From Ophelia neglecta (lineage: Eukaryota), in the NCBI GenBank assembly GCA_965285935.1, contig OZ260665.1, positions 21,142,001 through 21,206,000 on the forward strand: DNA of 64,000 nt. Direction: 5' to 3'. Under the pieces are notes generated by a model. That model made no database searches. It worked only from the letters and a program-made list of their open reading frames with translations, and was not told the origin of the DNA. The position numbers were made by a program, and so were the translations under genes. Shown here piece after piece: positions 13,486-26,547 of the stretch (positions are counted from its first letter, which is position 1; the number at the start of each line of letters is the position of its first letter).

Positions 13486-15646
13486 TTATTGCAAATGATA
13501 TCAATGTCTTTTTTTGGGCGGTTTTAGTTTGTTACATGCTTATTCAACTGTTTGGGTGATTAATTTATTGATGTGTATGAGCTGCTGCAGTTCGTTCCTG
13601 ATGCTTTTGGAATAGAGCGATTAAATGCTTTATTGTTGATTAATAGTTTGGCTGTATCTGCCGTGTATCGACCCCTTTAACTTCCCAATTGACATGCATA
13701 CCTATGTTAATAAGGTGAACCAGCTAAGTCGCATTCATTGTTTTACATAGGTTCACTAGAAGTTTCCGGTAAAACTTGCCTGGCAATATTTTAACTGGTA
13801 AACGAAATCTGTTTGTTTTGACGTTTACTGACAAATGATGATGCTTCGTAGCAATTCCGGGCAAATAACAAGGCGTAAAAAGAACTAGTTGTTGTTGCTT
13901 TAGAACGTGTTAACAACTCTAAAGCAATTTTCACTATACGTGTGAACACCATAGACACGATGAGAAGGGAACCCAGTAAATAGCTTACTAGTGTGTGCAT
14001 CAAGCAATATCCTTTATGCCAATGGACTCTCATCTAAATCATATCAGATTCCACTTCACCCAAGCGTGCAAGTAGTAATGTGAGAGAAGTACATATTATT
14101 CCAAAAAAATATTTACCATAAGCTTTAAGAAAACGATAGTGGATATCCATTAGACAAAGCAAAAGCAGCAGCCAAATTATTTCACTAAGTCTTAAACATT
14201 TATCTATAAGGCATATATGAGCCTGGCATGGCAAAACTCTGGCTTAACTAGTCATAACAACCAATGATGGTAAGTTTATATGTTCGTTCTTCATCAGAAG
14301 CCTTGGGTATGAACAATATGCAGGTAGATTTTTCTCTCCCCCAAAACAATTTCCGTGTAATAGTATATTAGTTGAGCGGAGAAACACTTTCCCAAATGTC
14401 GTTAACAGTTTAACTTTTGATCTATCTTGGTTATGAAGTATAGTGTTATGATAGACTTCTCATTGAGAATGAAAAAATTAACTTTCTTGGAAAAACTGTA
14501 AATAGGATAAAAGCACGTTTAGACTAACCCGCTTCTGGTACTATCGGGATTACTGTCAATAAAACTCACACGTCTTGCTACCAAGAACAAGTATATCCGA
14601 GGGCTGTCGGATCTGATTGATATTTCTCGTTGTTAGTTGGTAGTTTTTGGTTGATGTAGTTCAAGATAATCACGTCATGATGGTTAATTTTTAACAGATC
14701 TATCGCTGCGGGATATTTAAACAGTTGTTATTTGTTTGCCGAGACGGAGCTCTGTATCTGCTTGCGTGGAGCGACATTTAATCGCTTACTTTATGACGAT
14801 TCGCAACGTCCAAATTAATGTACCCATTTTATGCCCAAGTCACACAGACAGTCGGGCTTAAATCGGCACCCAATCGGCCTAATGATATTTGTTGACAACA
14901 TCGGTTGTCATGAGAGATTTCATTTCTTGCTTCTAGTATGACTGGGTATCGGCGGTGAATAATTGTTAAATCGGTCTAAATTATTGCTGGTATGACCGGT
15001 TCTGGTCTGGTCTGGTCTGGCCCGTGTGGGCGTTATTGTGTGTGAGTGTCGTGAATTCGGGTGAACAAGGTTACACATATTTCTGTACAAGATGTACATT
15101 CTGTGCATTCACCTGTTAATGGTATGTCTGATTATGTTACTTAAATGTTACTGAAACGTTGATTTTTAATTATGATAATGTGAAGTGTAGCTATACAGAT
15201 TTATTTTGTGACTAAATGGATAATATTTGCTTATCGTGCTTCGCTCACATGTTTTACTATATGACGCCAGTCCCAATTACAAGCAGCATTCTGTGTTACG
15301 ATGCCTTTACTACAAGTGTATAAGTATACCAAGAAATCTTCAAACCAATCTGGAAATTATACTTGGGCTGACTTTTATGCTATACTATATTACTATATGA
15401 AATGGTCTTTCAAGTTAGACTATCTGCTGAGATATTCATTACACCATTTTCCCGGCCGGTTGGGTTCTCGTAATGCAGGGAAATGTGCTAAACAAACAGA
15501 TCCTACATCATGTATCAGTCCAAACATACAGCGCGCTAGATTTATTAGATTTATGGGATTTTATTAAACATTGCGCTCGGGTGATGGTGGCGAATACTTG
15601 CGGGGTAGGTAATGGGTTGGCTAAATCCTTTTTAGATCTATAAATA

Positions 15647-15826
15647 CAGTGAAACCTGGAAAAACTAGGGACAAGCATGGGACTGTGTTAAAGTGCCCTG
15701 TTTTCTAAGGTGCCCCTAATTTCAAGGTTATTTTACATATAAAACAATATGTTGGGTCTTAATTTAGGTGTCCCTAATTATCAGGTGGCCCTAATTTCCA
15801 GGTGCCCTTTAGATCAGGTTTCACTG
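15647..15826. mobile_element. CAGT/TA MITE of a distinct subfamily (A2)
   Basis: ta|cagtgaaacctg ... caggtttcactg|ta. The interior repeats 'aggtg(y)cc(c)taatt' rather than 'aggtggtct'. Confidence 0.92.
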
Positions 15827-16184
15827 TACCCCTAAATATGTAAATTGATGTTTAACTTCCCTATTTTATAATGCTCTATACACGATCGCGATTGCAGCAA
15901 TAATATTTCTTTATTGATACAGTATGTTTATTCTATTCCACATTTATTTGAGAACGAATTCAACGAGTGCTCACTAATCCCCTTGTAAAGTAACATGTTT
16001 CGTGGCCGTTATCAGGTTGGGCCAATGGTCATCGCAGCCGAACTTTGCCCTGGTCAAACCTCACTTGAAAACAGAGAAACCAAATAAACTGATGGAGATT
16101 GCATTTATTTTGCAATGTTATTGTTGTGATAAACACAGTGAACGCAGTATGTCGTCTGGCCTCACAGAAAAGACTGGTCGCGAA

Positions 16185-16632
16185 GAAAAGCTGATACCGA
16201 CTAAACTGGCGATTTATTGAGGGCAATTAGCTTGTCCTCAGACTAAACTGTACACAATATATCATGGAAGATGAGAAATAGCGGGTTTGCCGAGAAATCG
16301 AGTGAATTGATACTAGGGAGATAATTTCTAGACCAATATTATGGCAATAAGCTGGTGTGGCGATAGCAAGTCTTTTACATTATAAGTGTTTGGATAAATA
16401 CAGTGAATGTATTCTTGTCCACGGGCCGTACAAAGGAATGCTGACATAGAAAAACAGCTGAGACAAACAAAACTGGCGGTTTATCGAGGGCAATTAGCTT
16501 CCTATCAGAGTGATCTGTACACAAAATAGCAGGGCAGATGGGGGATAGCGGGTTTAGAACGAAATCCAGTGAATTAGTACAAAGAAGTAAATTTCTAGGG
16601 CAACATCATGGCGATAGACTAGTGTGGCGAGA
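16185..16632. repeat. Diverged direct duplication (about 180-bp copies, about 270-bp period)
   Basis: 'aaactggcg.tttat.gagggcaattagctt...ctgtacacaa...atagcgggttt...agtgaatt...aatttctag...gtgtggcga' occurs at about 16185-16365 and about 16452-16632. Confidence 0.88.
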
Positions 16633-17623
16633 AATATTTGAGTTTTTTTCAATCCAAGGTTACATCAATTGTAAAAAAGTTTCCCTAATTCCTTATTTAG
16701 GGCGGGTAGAATTAATCAAGCACATGACGCTATCATTATTTGTATTAAGCATTTGGTCACGCAGGCCACACCGAATGTGTCCACTTAAATCAATTCTAAA
16801 TCTCAAGATATGATACAATTGCCCCTAATGTGCCAGGAGCGCCAGACCTATAAACTTGCCGCGCGGATTCGCCTGTAAAAATGGCTAATAAACATATAGA
16901 GGTAAAATATTTCATTAGACCAAGAGTGGAGAAAAACAACTGAATATAGTGATGCTATTGTAAAGTATGCCAGTAAAACGACAACCTACTTATTCAATCC
17001 TTTATGTTTTATGTATAGGACTGCTTTGAAGACAACGACCTTAGGTAATAAACACAATTTATATTTCCGGATATCGCCTCCTCGTGCCCGCAGTTAGTCC
17101 GCTGCATGTGTTGAATGAGAATTTTAGTTGGAGAGTTTCTTGTTCGTCCACCATAAAGGCGCGGTAAATCCACTGGCTGACAGGTGCTGAGGAATATGTA
17201 TAGGGGCCTTAAACCATCTGCTAAATCATCCAGAGTTTTGAAGATAGAACGGGAGTCTCCCAATTTAACCATCATTTATCATGAAATCCCATTGGGAAAC
17301 ATGACAGTTGATATGGAACCACTTGTGGCGCTTCTGGGCCATAGCGACAGCATCAGACCATGCTGACTAGAACACCTATACGTTCATTAGTCTAATGAAA
17401 ACCCTATATTACCTTTTTTAATTATTTGATTTTCATTGAGACTACTGAAAAAATCAACAAATCAATTTTCCCCCATTTAAAAAAAGTGACAGAATACCAA
17501 AGGTCGCAATGTCCGTGAAGAGGTAAAACAAGCATTTCGTTCGAAAAGCAATGAAATAATGATTTTGAAGGAAACAAAATCAATGTTACAAATGTTCAGC
17601 TGCATAATATAATGGTGGCTTAC

Positions 17624-18259
17624 CTGCGGTGCTGAGGCCATTGCGCTGAAGAGCCAGGCTAAGATTAACATTAATTTTCCTCTTTTGTCGGCGTCATTTA
17701 GACTTAGCGGCCGGACGATGGCAAAGTAACGGTCAATAGATATGGCAACGAGAATAAAACTAGAAAGGTAAAATCCAAAAGCCCTAAAAAACATGACGAT
17801 CCGACAGGCGATGTCCCCGGCGTCCCAGCTGACTGTCACGTGCCACCCTATCTCCAAGGGCATCATTATCAAGGTCACACAGAGGTCAGCTACCGAGAGG
17901 TGCATTATGAACAGATTGACCCGCGACCGACGCTGTCGATTGCGGAATAGTGTAATAAACACTGTTAGATTTCCTATGGAGGCGATGAAAAAAAGAACAG
18001 AGAATGCAATCACAGAAACTAGACGTTCTTCGTTGAAAACCAGGTCCCATGGTAGGGTAGTGGGAGGAGAAAGGGTTATACTCCCGTTATGCGGTATCAT
18101 CTCGGGGGGCAAAAGTTCCGATTTATGTCTCGAAGACAGGTTCCAGGTATCCTCAGGAAGAAAAGTTCTCGAAAACTTTTCATTGAACGCCATATTGCTC
18201 TCCATAATCACAGCTGACCGAGAAATTGGCTGGTTTTGAGTATTATACCTTGTTGCCAT
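17624..18259 (-). CDS. AKHR: First coding exon (212 codons, N-terminus to TM4) of a rhodopsin-like neuropeptide GPCR of the GnRH-receptor superfamily, adipokinetic hormone (AKH)/ACP-receptor-like
   Basis: The translation shows TM1 'VIAFSVLFFIASIGNLTVFITL' (GN), TM2 'LFIMHLSVADLCVTLIMMPLEIGW' (LxxxD), ECL1 'WDAGDIAC', TM3 'FFRAFGFYLSSFILVAISIDRY' (DRY) and TM4 'MLILAWLFSAMASAPQ', plus N-terminal sequons NLS and NGS. Similarity stops at the donor CAG|GTAAG (plus strand cttac|ctg, 17619-17626). An in-frame TAG lies two codons upstream of the ATG. The true start could be a later Met (M19, M23). The subfamily call rests on motif recall, not a search. Confidence 0.92.
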
Positions 18260-20509
18260 CCACTAAGGTAATTATCTTGTTTCTAACTAAGTATGTCCGA
18301 GCGTACCGCAAGTTGTTCAGTAGATATGCAAAAGGCAAGCTTGCGCTTAATTCCACTAGCTCAATTGGCAGGGCATTGATCGCCGTGTTCAGCGTGCCGT
18401 GGCTCTGGGCGGTCTAAGTGGTGAACACCCGCTTCACTGTCCTGAGCGCCATACTGATAGAATAGGCCAACACGGGCGCTGCAACAGGTTTTACATCGCT
18501 CAGTCAACATAACTGCGTGTCTTTGAAACAGAAATAGGCCAACAGGGCTATTTAAACTAGAACTCAGGTAAATCATTAGTGCTTCATTATTGAATTTTAA
18601 TTTCAAATGCATAAAGTAATATCTGAAGGGGCTACTACTTCTGCAATGGTTTAAGCGGGCAGTATTTTTTCTTTTTAATAATAGGGCAAGATGTGTTAGT
18701 TTAGGTATGTTTGGAGAGTGTAAATCAATCCTCCTGCAACACCTAACAGTTAGTGTTTTATTCGTTACCTTAGGATGCGTTCCTCTCTGCAATTAGTTCG
18801 AAGATGGTTTAGATTTTCCCCATCATCAACCCATCATCTATGCTTTCGTCAAAAGCATAGATGAAACGGATAAATCATGCGTCTTCCAAAGGGTATACTT
18901 CAGTATCGTCCTCTCTTGGCCGCTAACTCGTTTCTTTTGTGCCCTGGCCCACACCATGGAAAACCTTTGACTACTTTTCTTTCCTGTGTAGTTATACCAG
19001 TTTTATATTTTTACGATTAATTCTGTTACATTTTCATCTATTTTTCGGGAACTGGGAATTGATACTCGGGGAGATGCGGCTGATGGATTCTGCAGGGTTT
19101 AGATCGACTTATTGAAACAATTCTGCCTAAGCTATTTTGTTTTGTCTGCTAGATATCTACTCTTTTTTTATTGGTAAACTGGGATAAGTTTATAATACTG
19201 TAGCTATGGCTTTGCTATGGTTTGTTTTCTCTATGTTGTCAATATAATTTAGAGATGAATAATGAAAAATGCGAAATGTTGTAGTTTCTAGTCACAAAAT
19301 TGCCATTTAAGTTTTAGATTGCGAGTCTCAATCATTAAATATTCATAAAGCCCTCACATAATGTATAATTGCCTGATAAGACTGATAGTACACCTGTCTT
19401 GGCAAATAATGTATTCACGTGCGACTTGTTATTGATCCATTAAAATTTGAACGCGTTTGGATAATTTTCCTCTCATATTGTTGGGTTTTTCGTGGAATTC
19501 CAATAGATTTTATCGAGGTTAGTGCCCCTCTGATTGACTTACGAGTTAATCTTATCGTTAGGTTTACAAGCATGAGAAAACTAGTGCTAAGGTTTTGCTT
19601 CACCACTGCAATAAAACACTTGTCAGTCTACATCTTAGATAGATGAGACACCTTCGTAGATGTATCCATATCCCAGATGACAGAACTGGGCAACTTCAAT
19701 GAAAAAGAATCTGCAATCAACTTGATTTAATGCAACAGATACCAGATATCTGTAGCTTTAAACCACGTAGAATGCAATCGCAGGAGTTAAAAATAGCAAG
19801 CAAGCGCACGGGCCATTTACCCTGGGTTTTATAAAAACAAGATTGTGATATTCTCAACCTGGTGCCATTTTTATTGATTGCATATAAGACAACGGCAGGT
19901 TATTTTCACATGAGCCAGAAAGAAAAGTAGACTGTAGGACGTTAGGAATATCCGACAAAACCTTAAGTTACCTATGTTTAAAACCAAACAAGAGGCAGCC
20001 ACTCTCTTAGATATAGAGAAAAATTGGTATGTAAAATATAGAAGTTGGAAATTTACAGCTACTCAATCGATTGCATTCTTAAGCAATAAATGACCGTGAA
20101 AAGACCTCAGGTCGCAGCCATGTTAGCATATTCATCCTGTTCTCGCCCGGAACCAGAATTAATCATTAACGCACGACGCCCGCCTCTGCATGATTGGTTA
20201 AAGGAGCACATACCTCCGCGCACCCCTTTCGCTCTGATAATGGGATATCGAACTCGAATCAGTAATTGGCGATTCTGGTTTGGATAGGACATTAGGTTAT
20301 ACTCAATTACCCACTGAAGAAACTTGCACACGCTATGTTAAGTAAACGGTAAAATGACTTGACTTTCCCTAATATATAATAAACCTTGGTAAACTTTGTT
20401 GTAGATATTAATTAATTAGCACTGGATCTGGGGCCCACATCCGGGGCTCAGGAACAAACTTTAATATACCAGTCAGTTAGTCGAGTCCGGAACAATCAAT
20501 GAGTGGAAA

Positions 20510-20640
20510 GCCGTATGTAAATTGCGGCCACCATACTAGCCGCAGCAATCGGTTACATATATTCAAGCAAATTTGGGCCAATGGCGATTCTTTATATAAA
20601 ACTCCCAACACAATAAAGAAAGGTTTCAATGATCATAAGT
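20510..20640 (+). mobile_element. Possible LINE ORF2 C-terminal remnant
   Basis: 'TSRSNRLHIFKQIWANGDSLYKTPNTIKKGFND' resembles the 'TR..H...F.QI....D.YK.SFFP.TI..WN' tail of invertebrate non-LTR elements (recalled, not searched). Confidence 0.3.
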
Positions 20641-22744
20641 CTCAAATACATACGGAAATCACGGTTTCTTCATGTCGGCGACTTTCAAATAGTCCGCCTC
20701 ACGAGGGAATGTTCTTATTCATTTCGCGCATTTCTCCGTCCGTTGGAGGAAATATTGACAAAAAACTAACAGTTTCGGCCTATTTTACATAATCTCTCAT
20801 CCCTAAGACGATAATTGTGTTGAAAAATGCTAATTTTCTCAAACATTATTCTATTTCTGGGTTTGACAGGCTGCGAAAGATAAGGCCTCGCAACTAGCGT
20901 TCTTGTCCCAATTTGACTTTAATGTGGAGCATTTTTGACCACTTCGTCACCGACCCTAAGGCATCATAATTAGCATCTTCTGTACTCTCATACGTTTAAC
21001 CTCCTAGCACACCCCTTAAAAATGTAAATTACACGGTATATTGTATATAGAACAGAACGAAAATCAAAAAAAGATTACCGCCTACGTGTAGTTCAGATAA
21101 AATGTGTTAATATCTTAGCCGGATCAAAGAAACATTGGTGCGACCTTAAGATGGATGGCGTGGTATCAGCAAGTGAGTCCTTTTCATTGTTTTTATCGAC
21201 TTGGGAAACATCGAGTGAGAGTGTGTCGGACCTAATAAAGATAAACATCCTCCAAATAAAGCTTCCTGACATGGATATCATTTTTTAAGCAGGCATGGAG
21301 AAGAGTAGACATCAAAAAATGCTTGCAGTCCAGGAAAATGCTTTTGTTGCTGATGACAAGCCTAGTGACAGCTGCCAAAGTCGCTGGTAGGCGACAGAAA
21401 ATGAAAACTGCCGGTCTATCCATTATGATTCCGAGGTAGTTTAATCTGAGTTATAGACTGCTTGTTTTCAAACTACTGAGGAAAAATCTCCGTTTGCTGT
21501 GTGTGTTGGGATGTGAAGGTCTAGCTACACACATTGTACCATGCGCTTAGCATTGTTACTGATTGGGTGTTATAGCGTTGTCAGCCTAGTACATGTTGCA
21601 GGGAACTAAATAACAATTATTCCATGCAATGCTGCCCTCTGGTAGGTGTTCCATAGCTCTTAGGGCATGTTGCATGTGCTAGACCAACAGAAGGCAGGCA
21701 ACTTATCTGGCTTGCCTGGATTATGTGTTAATAGTAAAATTTCGATAGTATGCTTAAGAATAGAACACAATTTGTGAACCGGGATGGTATTGTTTTGGAA
21801 TTGTGGGTTTTGCGAAAGACTCTATTGGATACTTATAGGTTTATCTGTGCGGTATGTGAAAAACAAGTAAAATGGCCACTTTTTCCTCACGAGCCTCAAG
21901 CAAAAAAATTGTACATTTATTTTTCTGAATTGTTAGTATTGTTTCCCTTATACATTGGCCATTATGTAGAACTAGTCGCTATATTCAGGATATTGTTGTG
22001 AAAATACGTAAATGAAGTCCAAAAGCCTTCAATTAACATGTAAGAGATAGGAGATGTATTTAGTCCCCCAGAACCGGCAGGACGACCTACGTCACACAAT
22101 CAATACGTCATTCACAAAATTTGACTTGCAACTGATAATTTAAGTGCTTGCACACACTTTACAATAAAGGGAGGGGTGGAAAAATGAATAACAAATATAG
22201 AACTGTTTTACAAACCCAGGAATATTGCGATCCTGTTGTTGCGCTTTAATCGGCGAATACTTCTTCAATTTCTTTTTTTTATATTGTAGATACGTATAAA
22301 ATATTTCTTCCAATAAACATGATTTATATATCAGGCACGATCCGGTTCAACCATTTGTATGTGGCTTTCGACATGTATTTTTCTACTGCTTATTCGTGTC
22401 AACCAAAAATAGACAAACCTTCCTTATCGACAGTTGAAATTTAAACAAGCGTAACTTTGCCTAATACTTTTAGCTGGAGATGAGCTACGGCCATTTATAT
22501 GCATCCGTCTTGTTCAACGAATGTTTGTTTTTACTTCACTTTCAATCCTACTAAAATCGTACCAGTCGCATCTTATAAAGAGCAGCCTGCCAATGGAAGC
22601 ATTAATCAGCCAAATGAAACAATATAGAATGGTAGCTATAAAGCAAATTTCATTTCATTGCACAGTGTTGTCATAAAAATTGCCACAAACCCAGTGTAAA
22701 AGTTAAGTTATTGTTCACACACATAAAGTCCTTTGCCATCCAAA

Positions 22745-22960
22745 GGAGGCTCCGGGAACTTCCTATCAACAGAGAGGGGCTCTCCCGGGAAGGGAGGGAG
22801 GGGGGGGGGGACGGGGAGGGGCAAGCTTGGTTGAATTGGCGGAGGGGGAGGGGGAGATAACAAATGGCCTATACTAGTCTCATGGCCACGTACTTTCTGC
22901 TGATAAGGAGACGCTTGGAGCATGCCGGGAGGCGAGGGGTTTGCCCCAGGCTGTCTACAA
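22745..22960. other. G-rich tract with G-quadruplex-type spacing
   Basis: gggaagggagggaggggggggggg acggggaggggc...ggagggggaggggg at about 22787-22855. Confidence 0.5.
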
Positions 22961-25644
22961 TAATACTATAAGAAGAGGGGCCCTGAGTAGAGGACAGCTA
23001 CCCTTCTGGTTATTTAAGGTGGCGTTCATTATTTAATGCTGAGGAATGATGGATTGTGATGGAGGGGTTTGTATAGCATGGCTTCTCTTCTTCACAAGCA
23101 TAAACAAGGAAGGTTTTACAGACTTTTGCCTGAGGCAGAGGGTGGATGCGTATTTGACATTCAGATTAAAGATTACCTTTGTTGGCACTATAATCAAGAT
23201 ATAGGATATAGACCGATGCAGTAGTGGCGAGAATAAATTGTAAAATCGATAAAATTGTGATACAAGCATGGATCTATCAAAAATCATTTAACAATGCAAG
23301 GTGAACATTTGCCCCGCTGGGCCAATTTGATTGGACCATAGGTTTTATGGAAACGGGAATTAATTTACTACAATGACTCGCCCGATTGGAATCTTATATA
23401 TCTCAAAATTTTCACAAGGCAGAATATTAAAGTTAATCCCAAATCAAAGTGGCTTATTCCATGTTTAAGTTGACCTTGCGTTGTTTATGATTCTGTAAGT
23501 TTTTGTGGCAATTTTACCATTTTTGGCTATCTTGGCACTCGTCCGCTCCACTACACTTCTTTCCAGCTAGTGTATTGATTAATTCTAGAGACGCCGATTT
23601 GAATAGATAACGTTCAACGAAGATAATAACGAAACTTTGGCTAGCCATCAGGATCAATTTTATTTCTGTTCATTTGCAAGTCACCAATTAGCAAAAAACG
23701 CTACTTAATGGTCTAGTCATCAACATTCGAGTCACGACCCATTGATAAATTATTGCACGCCAATGCGAATATTGTTTGTTAACTTTCCTGAGATGTCTAA
23801 AACCGTATCTTTTTTTTTCTTTTTTTATAACTTTTTTACTTTTTCATATAATACATTTCACCCCTTAGCAATATCACAATCATTTTCACACAACCAGAGA
23901 GCAAAAAAATGTATGACATCGAGGCAGAAAGCACGAAACAGACATGCACATGCAAATGGACACTTGGATTAATCAGGCGGTCCAGCTGATGGAGCTGTGA
24001 TGAAATAGCAACATAATGATCAGTAAATAACATGGACCATAGTTTGTCTGTGTTCAGCTGTTCAGCGAATGCCATTTCTCTTTAGAAAACCGCATCTTAT
24101 GTGGATTGTATACTCGTTGGATTTTTTTTGTGACGAAGAAATGAGATGCTTATATTGGAATTTGCACTTGCGATAATAATCAGCTAAAACATCTTAGATG
24201 TCAGACTTTGCCTTTGAGGTCATAATCATGGTTATGATTGAGAGCTGCATTCAGCCAATGTGACCCAGAGATTCCCGAGTGTATGAGACGTTTAAATTGG
24301 TCAGCGGCTACAGTTTTTTCTATATACATTTCAATAGCGCCAATCGTAGATTTTTCTGGGGATTGCATATAATCTTCTTCCTACGCTTCCCATTAACTTT
24401 TATGTTGTGTGGCCAACCAAGTGAATAACTATTGAGTACGTCTCATTGCATGCGTGATTGTACGATCTTATTTAGAATTATTGAGTTTAGATTAGCTATG
24501 AGTGGGAAAGCAGCTGACGGCTCCTCATTAGGATTGATTTAATACATACTACCATATTCTACGTTGATTATGTTCTGCAACTACTTTCATAAAGAACATT
24601 AGCGCCTGCTTTTGCTGTGAAAAAACCCTTTGTATCCAGCTGTTGATGTCCTAAACAATGTTGTTAGACTAGATTAAATGGTTAAATCGATAAAATGGGG
24701 CACTCTAGCAGAGATGAAAGGACCAAACATTTCATGGCATGTGCTAATATCACGCTGCGGTGCGATGCTAAAGGCAGGTTAGTTGCATAACAGGCAGTTT
24801 TAGCAAATACCGCCGAACGAAGACACATAGGAGGATTACACGCTGTGACGCTCTGGCTTGTTGGGTATTTTTTATATATCGACTGATCGTGTCTATGTAC
24901 GAATGAACCGCATCAATAAAATTACTGTGTTTATCGGCGATGGGAACTGTTTGCCAACGATTGCAAATATAGTACTCGCTACATTTATCATTTTACTATA
25001 GCAACACTAGAATACACTGATCAATGTGTTTGTATAAAACTACTTAGATTTATATAAAAATGACGGGAGTGGATAACCGAGAGACAATGTCAAATCAATA
25101 GTCATGAAAATAAAAATATTCATTAAGTCGTTACGAAATCGTTAGAAGCCAGCAGCTTCAGCCCACACACGATAAATCAACCGCCAACTCCAAAACACTA
25201 ATCAAACTTGTATAAAATATAAAAATCCAAAGCAAAATATTGACTTGAAATTTGGTTGGTATGAGTAGATTCACGTCCTACTTAACTCCAAAACCTGCAA
25301 AGGGGCTGTAAGACTAAGGTTGATAATTTTTTTATCACGTTTTTGATGAAAAATCCTTTACTTATTTCCGGTATTTACATAGATGAATAATATTACCTTT
25401 AAATGGCATTGATCATGTATAACAATTACATTTTCATCATCGCAAGGTCAGGTGAAATATACAAAAACAAGTGTGCGGTTGCCTATTCTATTGGAGTTTG
25501 GGTTGGCTAAAACTGACTACTACAACATCAACGATCACTAAAGTATAACCAGCTGTTTGTTTAATCATGTTGGATGGCCTTTCCTGTATCCACTTCTGTA
25601 TTTTGGACGTCTTTTTACATGTATTTATAGCCCTATAATTTTAA

Positions 25645-25765
25645 GAGATCTAAGACCACCATAGCCTCTCCTGGGTCACCTTTCATCTCTGTCCCATGGT
25701 GATTTCTGAATCTTCTTTTCTTTTACACTGACTCGCATCATGGACAATTGGTGACTGCTTCAAGT
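25645..25765. repeat. Old interspersed repeat, family C
   Basis: 'agagatctaagaccaccatagcctctcctggg...tttcatctctgtcc...ctgactcgcatcatggacaattggtgactgcttc' is collinear with 32900-33020 and 51350-51465. Confidence 0.7.
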
Positions 25766-26370
25766 AATATCAACTTTATGTTTTAATTTTTTTTTCTCAT
25801 GTGAACAAGTTTATTGAATGTTTTGGTTCCTGGGGATTTCGGACTCTGATGGACCATTCTTGACAATTTTTTGTTTGTCTTCTTATCTACTCTGGCTTTA
25901 CATTCGCTTAAATGAGAAGTTATGTTATACTTCTTTTGAACCGTGAACGTTCTTAAAGGCCTTGTTACCTGCATATCACTGTATTATAATAAGAATTGCG
26001 ACTCACCTAGTCGATATAAGGTGCATGCACCTACACCCATGTGCATACGGCTACATGGACATCTGATGGTGATAAGCAAAAAAATGAGGTGATTAAAAAA
26101 CGTAGCAAATGAATTAGATTGATGTGGGTTCTCTCGAATTAGTTACCGTTTAACATTTGAACATTGGCATTCAGTGTGTAATATTTGGCTTTTGAAGGAG
26201 TGTATTTGATGTGTTGGTCTGGTCGCCGATCCCTTTTTAAAGCAAAATTCATGGGAAACGTATCAGCTGCTGCTCATCTTTTATCCCGTTTATCCTCAAG
26301 ATACGCACGTCTGTAGGCCTACCATGATACCACCATAATACCCACACATCAACACACATGCACATATATA

Positions 26371-26547
26371 CAGTGAAACCTGTGAATTAAGACCACCCAA
26401 GGGACCGGAATATGCTGGTCAGATTTTGAAGGTGGTCTGTGTAGGCAGGTTATAAAACATTGAATGTATACAGCAGGATCCTCGGTATAGTGTCTGAATT
26501 GACAGGTGGTCTGATTATAGAGGCGGTCTTTCAGGCATGTTTCCCTG
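26371..26547. mobile_element. CAGT/TA MITE, family A
   Basis: ta|cagtgaaacctgtgaattaagaccacccaaggg ... ggcatgtttccctg|ta. Confidence 0.92.

Larger units (their letters stand above)
1..17623 (-). other. Probable large intron of the GPCR gene (at least 17.6 kb, running off the window)
   Basis: Begins at the canonical GTAAG donor at 17623. I recognised no exon encoding ECL2/TM5-TM7 between 1 and 17623 by eye or in the ORF track; a short exon could have been missed. Confidence 0.7.

Noticed and set aside
17793-18239. 148-aa plus-strand ORF
   Set aside because: It is the antisense shadow of the GPCR exon.
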